Below are positions 48,171 through 59,610 of a stretch of 64,000 bases of DNA, piece by piece. Within the stretch, counting starts at the first letter, position 1, and each line of letters opens with the position of its first letter. The DNA is taken from positions 115,894 to 179,893 of the forward strand of contig RHPI01001921.1 of the NCBI GenBank assembly GCA_009103225.1, in the 5' to 3' direction. Below the pieces are notes generated by a model that was not told the origin of the DNA, ran no database searches, and saw nothing but the letters and a program-made list of their open reading frames with translations. Source of the stretch: Chlorokybus atmophyticus. Taxonomy: Eukaryota; Plantae; Mesostigma and Chlorokybus algae. The position numbers were made by a program, and so were the translations under genes.

Positions 48171-49650
48171 TCAGTCCCTCCTCTCGTACACGACGTTCAT
48201 GAACTCATCAACTGCCTCCACGTACACCAGCGGGTTGTAGTGCCGCGCGTCGATGGCGTGCTCGCACACCGCGTCGAGGATGGTGAACGTCAACCACTGG
48301 CGTACCAACGGTGGCTGCAGAAGCGTGAGAGTGAATGAAGCTGTTACCCATGGGATGCAAGATGAGGTGCATACCTGAACTCTGGTCGCTGTAAGAGAGT
48401 GGACATCGTCGCGTGGTTCCGGATGATGTGGCCGTTCAAACGCCAGGTGCAGGTGCCCGTAGTGCCACTGCCAAACAATGTGGTCTAGCACCAGAAACAC
48501 AAAGTGGCACAGTAGACGCAATGTTGTTGTGGTGGTGGTGGTGGTCGCTGTCGTCGTTGGTATCCTTATTGTCACCGGTGCGTGCACGCGCATGCGCGTG
48601 TGAAAACCCATCACTCACCGTTTGCTAGCCCAGAATGGAGGCGCATACACCCCACACGAGCTTCGTCTTCTTATCCCTGAAGAACTCTTGAATCGCTCTA
48701 ATCAACAACGGCGCGTACTTTTCATACTCTTCAGGTTCCCTCGACTGCGCGTCCCAAATCCCCGCTCATCGCGAACACGTTGGGTGTGTCAATATCCAGC
48801 AGGCCCAGCTCCTCTCACACCTGCGTGGTGTTGGCGTACCGGTCGAAGGATATCGGGCAGAAGAAGGTCTGGGAGAGGTCATGTTGGGATGGGTCAACTC
48901 TATGCTATACGGCGTGTGCATCGGGAGGGAGTTACTGACCCAATCTTGCTGAGATTGCCTACTCACTGAACTCATCTGCCCAGCCGCCTGCAGGAAGAGC
49001 AAATATTCACATTCACACTCTGCACGTCGTCTGCGTTTGTGCGCGCGTGTACATGATAGGCATGTGCACACACGCACAAACCCACCCTAACACAAATGCA
49101 CACGCACGCATGCTGCCACCGTAACATACCCCTTATATACACATGCACACGCACGCACAAATGCACGCACACGCGCGCACGACATACGCGCGTGTACATG
49201 TTATCACACAACGACATCCACTGCTACTTAAGCAAGAGTGCAGTTTACCAGCACGATGGTCTCAGTGAGGAGCATCATGAGACTGTCCCCCACAACATGA
49301 ATGCGTTGGCAGCCGCCCGCGCACTTGGCGGCCTTCGCAACCAGCCCTGGTTGGTAAAGCTGTGAGGCGGGAGCGAGCCCGTGACACCGCCACTCTATGC
49401 GCTTCTTTGCCGGGAGCCTCATATGTAAGCATACATACACACGCGCGTGTACGTAACGGTGCGCACATGTGCATGCATCCGTGTGCATATACATTTACAC
49501 ATACGCCTTTGTCTACCACGCTCTCGCAATCATGATGATACTCACTGGTGTCTTTCCCCCTATCAAGATTATCAGGAGCGTCCATGCCTTGACAGAGAGA
49601 AGACCTTAGTTGTCCAAGAATAGCCACTGTAGACCTTAGAACACAGATGT
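48171..49650 (-). pseudogene. SGNH/GDSL-type (TBL/PC-esterase-like) hydrolase gene with apparent lesions
   Basis: HVVGDSLM (GDS), SG(I)WD and a C-terminal LDAVCEHAIDARHY (DxxH). In-frame TGA at 48815-48817 and frame breaks at G4 runs near 48760 and possibly 48650. Confidence 0.5.
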
Positions 49651-50269
49651 TGTTGTAGTACATAGCATGGCGAAGGGACAGACATGGAGGCGCGTGTTGG
49701 GGGTTGTGGGTGGAAGTGGGGAAAGAGAGGCAGTGGGATAGTGGGTGGGGACCCAAAGTGGTGAAGAGGGGGCGGGGCCGAGAGTGATGAGCTTTTGTGC
49801 GGAAACTGACTGGGTGCGTGCGTGTGTTGTGTAATGCGCGCGCTCGTGGCGCACAGGCATGATTTTGTGCGTATGTGTGGGTACTTACGCATATGTTGGG
49901 CTTGGGCTCTCAGCACCTTTCAAACTGAGGCTGATGCTTCTGTGGGACGAAGATGATTGGGTGCCATGTTATTGTTACAGAGCAAACATCTGTGGGCAAC
50001 CCCCATCAGTGGAATCAAGAATAACAGACCCATTAGCAAAATTGGTACAATCCTATACGCTGCAAGTTTAACAGTAACAACGCAACCCCCTCAACCACAA
50101 GCTACTGCTTTTAACCCCAGAGGGCCTGGATGCTATCCTACATGTCCTACAAGCCTGAAAAGGGAAACTAGCAGCATTAGCCAACAGTCATAAGGAAAGG
50201 GAAAATGATGGAAGAGAAAGAGAGATGCTGAGATCTATCTATCTATCTATCAAACTGTGTACTTTAAGC

Positions 50270-51360
50270 CTACAGGCAGTTGGGCTTTGTTATGACGATG
50301 ATGTGGTCGGGATCGTAGTGGGGTGCATCGGCGATGTAAGTAAAGAACTTGATTTTGAACTGGCACTTGGTAACATGCCCAATGGCGAATGCGGGGTTGC
50401 CCTCACCATCACCGCGGTTGTTGTTGTAGATGACCGTGCTGGTCAACAACATCAAGTAGTCAGTAACATTGACTATATAAAGTACAGCACCACAAAGAGA
50501 GAAAGAGGAGGGTCCAAGAGGGTCCAACATCTCCCTACCTGTAGTCGTTGGTGTCCTTGAATCCCGCAATGCCGTCCGCGTACTGCACGAGTCCTCCGCT
50601 CCCCGTCGTGACAAACTGCGTGGCCCCCGCATCGTGGACCTGATAGAAGCGCCCCTGCTTCACACCCGCGTGACGAGGGTCCGCGTGCGTCAGCGTGTGG
50701 TCGTGGCCGTTCAACCACGCGCTCACATTGTACTGGTCAATCAGGCTCTCGACCTGTTCGAGTAGAGTGGGTGAGTGGTGATGGGAGAGATAGACAAAGT
50801 GATGCCACACTCATGTCGTGTGTGTACTTACGCTGGCCCATGCGCCGCACTGTCCGGGGAATCCGTTGCTCGCGGTGGGTGAGCTGGATCCATACTGCGT
50901 GTCGGAGCCCCACAGTGGGAAGTGCGTGCTGACGGCCTTCCAGTCGCTGAGCTTGTCCTCGAAGGTGGACAGACAGGATTTCAGCCAGGGGATCTGCGGA
51001 CAGAGTGGGTGGGTGGGTGGGGAGGTCAGGAGAGAGAGAGAGAGAGAGAGAGACCATCATCACACCTGGCCAGTGGCGGTGGAGGAGATGTCGTTGATGA
51101 AGCTCGCATTGGCGGGAGGGACAGTGCATACTCCTGTCGTCGGGTCTGCGTAGGCCTTGGCATCCGAGTTCAAAAACTCCGGGGTGGAGGTGGTGATGAA
51201 CTCCTCGTGGTAGTACGTGTGCTTTGCGGGGTTGTTGTACTTGACAATGAAGGGGACGGTATCAAAGAAGGCCACGGAGAAGGTGACGCCGGAGGAGGAC
51301 TCAAACTGCCTTGCATAGTAACGGGAGGGGAAGACCCAGCTGCAGCACACACAAAATGCA

Positions 51361-51434
<74 letters not shown>

Positions 51435-51464
51435 NNNNNNNNNNNNNNNNNNNNNNNNNNNNNN

Positions 51465-51511
<47 letters not shown>

Positions 51512-52521
51512 CAGCACACCTCAGACAGCAGCACTCTCTCGCATGCATGCATGTGTGCGCACACATGCATGCACATGCGCACAGACCCACACAGCTTGCA
51601 CGCAACACAGCACACTTACTTCTTGTCCACGTAGTGATGGGCCAGCTGAATCTCCACGCTCTTTGGCAGTCCCACGTCGTGGTTGCCGATGACATTGTAC
51701 CACTTGAGGTCCTTGATGTAGGGCGTCTTCGAAGTCTGGTACACGTCGTGCCAATCGGTCTGAAGCCGGTTCAGACCCGTCTCGGGAGCGTCAGCGCCGC
51801 AGGGGTAGAAGCTGTGGGCATGTGTGTGTATGTGAGACAGAGAAAGCGTGCACTACACTACACTGATGAGGGGCGAAGTGCGAGAGTCAGTCAGGGTGGA
51901 GGTACAGCTTGTGGTGTGTGTGTGTGCACGCGCATACTACTTACTTGTCGCCTGTGTTGATGATGAACTGGCAGCCCTCTTTCGCGCAGGCCTTGTCGAG
52001 GAGCTGCGCGGTGTCAATCTGCTGGGGACCACCAAGGACATCCGTGAAGTCGAAGTCATCGTTGTTGTTCACACTTTGAAGCTGGATGTGAGGGGAGCAC
52101 AGACAGATGTCAGTGCATGCCATGCACCTGTCCATGCACACAGAGTCACATAGACAGAGCATGCAGTCTTTATGCATGCAGCTGGTCCCTCCACTCGAGT
52201 TCATACCGAGGAGCAGCAGTACTGTTCCGAGGCGCAGAGGTCCTCCGTGACCTTGTTCATAATACTGTACTCCGCCTTCACCCTGCCCCAATCTGCATGC
52301 AACACACACTTAAAGCCATGCACGAGCTCTCTTCCCTCCCCTTTCACTCTCTGTGTCTATCTCTCTCTCTCACCCCCAATGATGGCGAAGGTGAGGTCAG
52401 GCGTGTCAAACTTGACTTTCTTGGCGCCGCACTTGGGCAGCGCTGACACGCCATTGCCGCCAAGGAGCACAACCAGGGCAACCACCGCCACCAGCACCCC
52501 AGCCCTCGCCATCGCCGCCAT
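50270..52521 (-). CDS. Secreted purple acid phosphatase (small ACP5/PAP17-type metallophosphoesterase)
   Basis: Signal peptide MAAMARAGVLVAVVALVVLLGG; metal-ligand motifs G|DWG, NTGD|NFY, IGNHD and LNGHDH, plus FVTTGSGG. Confidence 0.9.
51379..51507. repeat. (GA)n microsatellite with internal gap; similar (CT)n/(TA)n array at 54811-55021
   Basis: Visible directly in the sequence. Confidence 0.95.
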
Positions 52522-54807
52522 CGCCGCCACCACCGCCGACAAGGACAAAGACACCGACAAGGAACCGGACGTCTACTGTGTGTTTATATCCGCGCGACAA
52601 GGTAACACAATTCCCCGGTAACCCGAAGTCTTCATGACGTTTTCTGTCATGACAGAAAACGTCATGAGGCAGCTTTGTCCCCCTTTACTCAATGGAGCGC
52701 AAAGTAGCAGACCTTATTGAACATGTCACGTTGACAATCGATAAATCTGCCTCGGCCTGTTCCGCACTTTAATAAGTTAACTAAGTTAAATACGCCTCAA
52801 CGTTATCATTTTGACCATCATCATTGCTTTCGCTTCAAGGACGGCGACAGCATCTCTCGCCAGCGGTCGTGCAGAGCAGTGTGTCCGGTGCAGTACAGGG
52901 TATCAGCTCGGGGCTGGATTCGGCGACTCACGGGACTTCGCCGGCGAAGTCCGGCGCTGCGAGATGCGGGAGGGAATCTTGTGCTGCATTTCGCGGCGCA
53001 TAGGGAAGATTCCACCGCTACATAGCATGCACCATCATGACGGCGGAGAGGACACACTTTGTATTGTCCCCCACACAGTGCGACGAGGGGCCACATCGTG
53101 TGACTCGTGTGACTCACATGTAGATATGGGCGGGGGGGAGGGGAGTCTGTCTAGTGACACACAAGTTTAACTGACATGAACTTGTTGTGCCAGTATGTTC
53201 TTGAGAGAATGGATGGTGTTGCTTATCATAGTTATTGTCAACATAATAGAGATGGATGATCACGTTAAGATTCAACTACTCACATCAAGTTGCTATATGA
53301 TTTGAATGACATAATGGATTCACTTCGTGTCTTCAATGCTCCATTAGTGTCCTATTGCATAAGCCGCGACTTAGGGCTTGTTTGATACCCACTGAGAGGG
53401 TCCGTGTTTTTACAAGTGTAATTTAAAATGTACTATGTGAATGGGTAGGATTAGATATGATGTGCAAAACCTTTTTAACACAATGATAGCCGTTATGTGT
53501 ACTCAACACGTATGGTTAAATAGTGAATTTTAGGTAACATACCGAACATGTAATTAATTATGAACCATCATGCGCGAGCATTCTTGATAATGTGCATATA
53601 CGTTCAAGATTATTGCTTAACGTACATGTTAATATTTAACCAGCCCCCTTGAGCTTTCGTGATGTGCCGCATATGGAAAATTGAATTAGATGAAAATAAA
53701 ATACAATAAAAATGGCATGAACCTGATACTAGGTGCGCAAATAAACATGGCATGTATTTATTGGCACACATTAGCAATGTTGCAAGCTTAAAGCCACTGC
53801 CTTGAGTATGCTGCAGCGGCATGTGTTATACACGTTTACACATCATGTCATGCTATGCTGACATTAATGGCATAGATTTAATATTTAATGGGTGTTGCAT
53901 TCATAGCCCATGAAGCCAAGCATCAATGTTTTTGTCTTGCCTCTCAGGTTTTTTGTTTTATTAAAATATGTCGCACAAGGCGTAATATGCACAACCTTAT
54001 GGCCCAAAATAAATGCCCCCCCTTCCCTTTCTTTCCGTATAAAGAAAAGGATAGTTGCTTATGGCTACACATCTCAGCACATGCACGCAGTGTACATGTG
54101 TGCAACACATCAGGTGTTGCACACATGTACACTGACAGCTGCGACGTAACTGTACAAGTGTGCACAAGTAAGCACACACAGACATACACACGTGAGTGCG
54201 CAGGCGCATGCACACGAACAAATACTCATAATCACGCACACGCGCCATCATTGTCGTCCACCGTTATCAACGTCAACAAGTGCTTCTAGTACACCACAGA
54301 AACTAACATGGACATAGCCAATTGGCATACATGGACACAATTGGTAGAAGTGCAACATGTACTTATGCACACCCAAAAGTTGAACTACACATGTATCCAT
54401 CCAATACCCGAACATGCAAGTTTGATGAGAGAGACAGAAAGAGTGTCCTTCAACGCTTATTGTGTGGTTTACTGCAATTTGCGCCCGCCGCATCGAAGAG
54501 TGTAGCCACAAACTGGTGGCGGCATCATCATCAGGATTACCGCCAGCGCTACAGCGCCCGCGCGGCTCATGCACCGTCACTGTAAAGATGGAGCTGGACA
54601 TGAGCACTTGTGCTCCGGTTGATGACAGTAATTGCTGCTCTCATCTGTGTTTTCAGATATCTGTCTACCGCTCGCTATCCTGTACGTCATTGGAGCTGTA
54701 AGGTGTGCTCGAGCACAGCTCATAGCCCCTCATCAATTACAAATGGTTAACAGCGATATAGTAAGCAAGTGCTAAGCTTACTTATAACCAGTGTTTGGAC
54801 ACAGCAA

Positions 54808-54855
<48 letters not shown>

Positions 54856-54988
54856 NNNNNNNNNNNNNNNNNNNNNNNNNNNNNNNNNNNNNNNNNNNNN
54901 NNNNNNNNNNNNNNNNNNNNNNNNNNNNNNNNNNNNNNNNNNNNNNNNNNNNNNNNNNNNNNNNNNNNNNNNNNNNNNNNNNNNNNNN

Positions 54989-55024
<36 letters not shown>

Positions 55025-55128
55025 GGATGTGCCTTTGCTCTGCAACCTACTGACTGCACGCATGCACCACGATGTACCACGTACGCTCCCTGCAAAATTC
55101 AATCGCGTTACGCTGCTATGGCATAATA

Positions 55129-55850
55129 CAGTATACCTCCTCTTAAAGACCTCGCGCCAAAAGAATAACCCCGCTAACAGCATATAGAGATTATCAGACG
55201 GAATAGACAGCTATTGATGTAGCACCCCTCATTACAAAGCCCTTATCTACATTAGGGTCCCAACGGGTATATACAGCCACCTAAGCCGTATTGAGGTCGT
55301 GAACTTAGTGTTAAGGCCCTAATGTAATATTAATTATCTGTAATAGTGATACTAACATAAGACATGAATCTCGTGTCGATATCAGTTGTATGACGGCACT
55401 GCTAACGCAGCGGCCGCCATAGCACGGAAATCCTTTGCTCCGGCAGTGGCCGCTAGCGGCGGCGGTGTCGACGACGTGGCTGGTGGCGGTGTTGGGGGTA
55501 GGGGATGAGAGGGGGCGGTTGCACCCCACCTTACAATTGATGCCCATGGCCACCAAACTATGCTTAACCGCAAAGAGCATATTTTCATTTTATTTTGTGT
55601 ATCTCGCAAATTGCATTGAGCGATATTGCAAGGTTTGGGAGTAGTGCGTGATGCATATGGCACAAGGCGTGATGTTTGTGATAAACAGGTGGCAATGGAT
55701 AGGTGTGACGCGTGGTCAGCGTAATGGCTGTGATGGCGCGATGGGCGAAACGTGATGCGTGTGACATGGTGGGCGTGAGATAATCGGCATTATTGCGTTA
55801 ACTACATATTTATGCTCTTGATACCTAAGAGCATAAAATGCTCCTAGACG
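55129..55850 (+). mobile_element. pogo-family MITE variant lacking its right TIR
   Basis: TA|CAGTATACCTCC start, AAGAATAACCCCGCT and GCGTGATGG repeats, and TATTTATGCTCTTGA shared with 5915-6383; truncated at ~55850. Confidence 0.6.
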
Positions 55851-56606
55851 CTAAGGGTTGTTTCGCACCGGGGGTTAGCGTCGCTGTCACAGCCCACTCG
55901 ACCACAAAAGACTTGGTGCTTTTATGGTCGATTTGTGGTAATTTAATGTACCTTCCCGTTACATTCCCCCCCACTTAAGAACGCTGACGTCCTCGGCAGC
56001 CGGCGCTCTCATCAGCTGGGGAATTTTCCCAGGGGTCTGATTTAGGGTCGGTCACCGGCCCCACCATCCACGGACCGGCCAATTTAGGCCCATACCGGTC
56101 AGCGCGCGCATATCGCGCCGCTGCCGGCCCCACAGGTCGCGTCGCCGCGATAGGCAGGTCGCGCCCTGCCGCGCCAACTGAACTGGTCAGTTCGGCGCGA
56201 CTGCCATTAAGCAAGTCGCGACCCATCGATGATGGCACTCATAAAGTGACCATTTACGATGTTATTGGATCGAGAACTAGCGGTGCGGCTGATTGGGCGG
56301 GATTGGGCCGGCCGGCCGGCCGGGGAGGACGGCATTAGGGCACAAAGACACATCACGCGCACTGAGGGCCATCACACACAGCACCCGAGACTACATGCCT
56401 GCCGCGCGCATACCGAGCAGCCCGCCTGCCTCTCATTGGCTATGCGACGTGTATCAGCTATCGGCCATTCGATTTGTGTTAAACAACTTTCAACCTTCCA
56501 AAGCCCATATCGTGCAATTGCACAAAGTACATGCGAATAAATAAAAGAATCCATTCATTTTGAGCACAACATGCACGGTGCACATATGCGTTATGTGTGC
56601 GTTGTA

Positions 56607-57072
56607 CAGTCCACCCCCGCTAAAAGACTTTGCTCAAGAGAATAACCCCGCTTGTAGCATACGTTCTGAGATCACCAACGATGCTACAGGCAAATGTTAG
56701 TGCTTAAGAGAATATGACTAACAGCGAAGAGCATATTATTTTTCATGACATTTTTGCAGATGTCAGTGTGCGTAATCTTAACATTGAGGGAGTAGCGCGT
56801 GACGGGTGTGTCATCAGGCGTAATGAGTGCGATAGACAAGGCGTGATGGGTACAGTGTCACGCGTAATTAGCGTAATGAGCGTGATGGCATGATACGTGA
56901 TGTAATGCGCGTGATGTAATGGGCGTGATGGGCGTATTGAATTGCATTGTAGCATACAAATGCTCTTAATGTTTAAGAGCATATTATGCTCTTTTTAACG
57001 CCAAGAGCATAACCCCGCCAGGAGCAAACTATCTTTAAAAACAAACAGCATGCTCTTAAAAGGGGCAGACTG
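56607..57072 (+). mobile_element. pogo-family MITE (466 bp) with TA target duplication on both sides
   Basis: TA|CAGTCCACCCCCGCTAAAAGAC..GGGGCAGACTG|TA; colinear with 5915-6383. Confidence 0.88.
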
Positions 57073-57126
57073 TACAATAAATGTTTCAATGTAACTAGGT
57101 ACGTACCACTATGTACCTTAACTGTA

Positions 57127-57850
57127 CAGTATACCTCCACTATATTCATCACGTGTATCTTTCATTCCATCAACGGGGTTATTCTCTTGGCGTTTACAAT
57201 AATATATACGACTTTTTACATAATATATATTCTATTAACAGGGGTGTTGCAAAATAACCGTAAGCCACGTTATTATGTTGTAACGTGGCATACATTAAAT
57301 TGATAATAGTCAACAATATACCAATTATGTACGTAACTATATATGAGTTCTGTAATATGTTTATGTATATAATATTTAAAATAAACATGCCATTAACAAG
57401 GTATTCCCCCGTAACAAGACTGCTCACACAAAATTTGAACCCTTTGTTGTAGTCTTATAGCGTACAAAACTATTCCACTAACCGATGATATTAGTCTGTA
57501 AAACCATTGGATTTTTGCAAATTCACGATCTCAACGGGGTTATTTTCATAAACCGAAGTCTTGTAACCGGGGTAGACTACATAGTTTACCCATTTGTAAG
57601 AGCATACTGGTATCCTCAAAAATTGTATGCCTTGGCGACTAAGAGCATAATATGCTCTTGAACGTTAAGGGCATATATATGCTATAAGCGCAGATTCATT
57701 TCGCCCATCACGCCTACTGGTCGGGCCGGCCTGTCGGCATTCAACCTACATCACACATCCCGCGCTAGGGCCATCACACGGCACCCGCGACTGCCGGGCT
57801 GCGCGGCAGTATGTGCGGCCCGCCTGCTTCTCATTGGCTAGGCGGCGAGA
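57127..57850 (-). mobile_element. Further pogo-family MITE pieces (57127-57579 and an inverted fragment at 57581-~57850)
   Basis: TA|CAGTATACCTCC start, CGGGGTTATTCTCTTGGCG (reverse complement of the family subterminal motif), GGGGTAGACT end, and reverse-complemented right-end sequence from 57581. Confidence 0.55.
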
Positions 57851-58605
57851 ACAAGTGTTACACCGTTAGATCTGCCTAAGCACGATCCTGGCCGTCCAAA
57901 GCACATCCAATTGTTTAAGCGCATGCCAATAAATGTAAAAATAAGCACAGTTCTGCAACGTGGCCGCTTATGGCTGCATGTTGATAGTTTCTTTAAAGTG
58001 TTACATTAATTATATTGATAAGTATGCTGCAATATGGTGCAATATGGTGCGATATCATTAGCAAATGCTGTTAAGTGTTTCAAAACTTAATATTCAACGT
58101 AACGTTCACGCCACGGTACGTGCTGCGGTACTCAATATATAATGCCGAGGTTACGACCATAAAAATAATGCTAACCTGAATTACCTTAACGTTAAGATTC
58201 AACTAAACGAAAATTGCATCGTTAGGCCACCATTTGGTCACGCATGAGTTCGATCAAATGGGATCGCAACGGTGACAACAGCCAGTTGCTCAAAAAGGCA
58301 GCGAAATGGCCAATCATTGCAAAAATGCGTAAAAGATGCTGAAAAATATCTCAGCGGCAACCGCTTACCAACGGCGACCCAAAATTGCTAGGGATTTGGT
58401 GCAATTGCGGCATAGTTAGTGGTTACAACGGCCGCGTTTTTGGCGGTACGAGGTCGGGGCGGGCCCCATACCCCAAAGACATGCCGCCACTACTCACCCT
58501 CGTTCTAACTAATCCACTCTACCCTTTAACGCTAATTGATTACACGCTATAGTTACTGCGTCATCAAACATGGTCAACAGCCGAAACAACAACCGCGGAA
58601 TTCGT

Positions 58606-58683
58606 GTGCAAGGCAGGAATCGAACCCGGGTCTCAAGCTCCGATGACCAATGTAACAGCACCACCGTCGCCGGTGATGCCCCT
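58606..58683 (-). pseudogene. Degenerate tRNA-like sequence (B-box half resembles tRNA-Gly)
   Basis: Reverse complement contains GAGACCCGGGTTCGATTCCTGCCTTGCAC; the 5' half does not fold. Confidence 0.4.
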
Positions 58684-59610
58684 TCAATCTACCCCAACAC
58701 CCACACCGCCTATGACAAGCCTTTCAACGGCGTGGCCGCCACTGAGCAGAGAACTGGAAGTCCCCACATCAGATTGATGTGACCTGCTATATCAAGAGTA
58801 TATCAACTATATACCTCTCGATAATTAACTCACAACTAGACATCGACCCTACAGATAGGGTAGTTAGGAAATCTAGCGTGAGCCAATCACAGCTCAGATA
58901 AGGTACTTATCGATAAGGTACCTATCTAAAGATACATATCGTAAGGTACCTAACGAGATAGTGATCACATTATATCAAATGTGACACTAAATAGGCTTGA
59001 ATAAGCGGTTCTACACCCATTGGGACTTATTTAAGCTATGATCAAGCATCATAGCCTTTAATAAGCGAGGAACCGTAGAAAAGAGGTATAAATAAGCATA
59101 TTTAAATACTTATTCATACAAAATGTGTTATTTAGGTAGCAATAATACCCCTATTATTATTGCTCCCGTTACAGTCGCGGTGTTAGGGCGGCTGCTAACT
59201 CCGGTGTTTGTGACGCTATCACCAAATGTTGCTAACCTCGTTTCGCGATAAACGGCGTCTTGTCTCAGTCTGGTGACCGGACTCTGGCAGGGCCTGCACT
59301 GCGTCGGCCGCAGCGGAGGCGGCGGTGGGAGGGTGGCGCGGTGGGTGGTTGCTGTGGGGATCCAGATTGATAGATAAACCGCCCGGTTGGGAGGGCGGAG
59401 TGGGTTGGGCGACCCAGCCTACGAGCACTTGACTGTGGTGGATCGCCGCCATTGCAGCGTTAGGTTGTGCGCCGAGCGACGATCAGCAGGTACATAGTTA
59501 TGTGGCAAGTTCACAAGTGTGTGGCTGATCTTCAATGCTTGTGGTGTGTGATAGTTGTCGCATTCACTGTAAGTTTCTGCACTTTCTCATTGGAGTTGTT
59601 GTCTTGCAGG

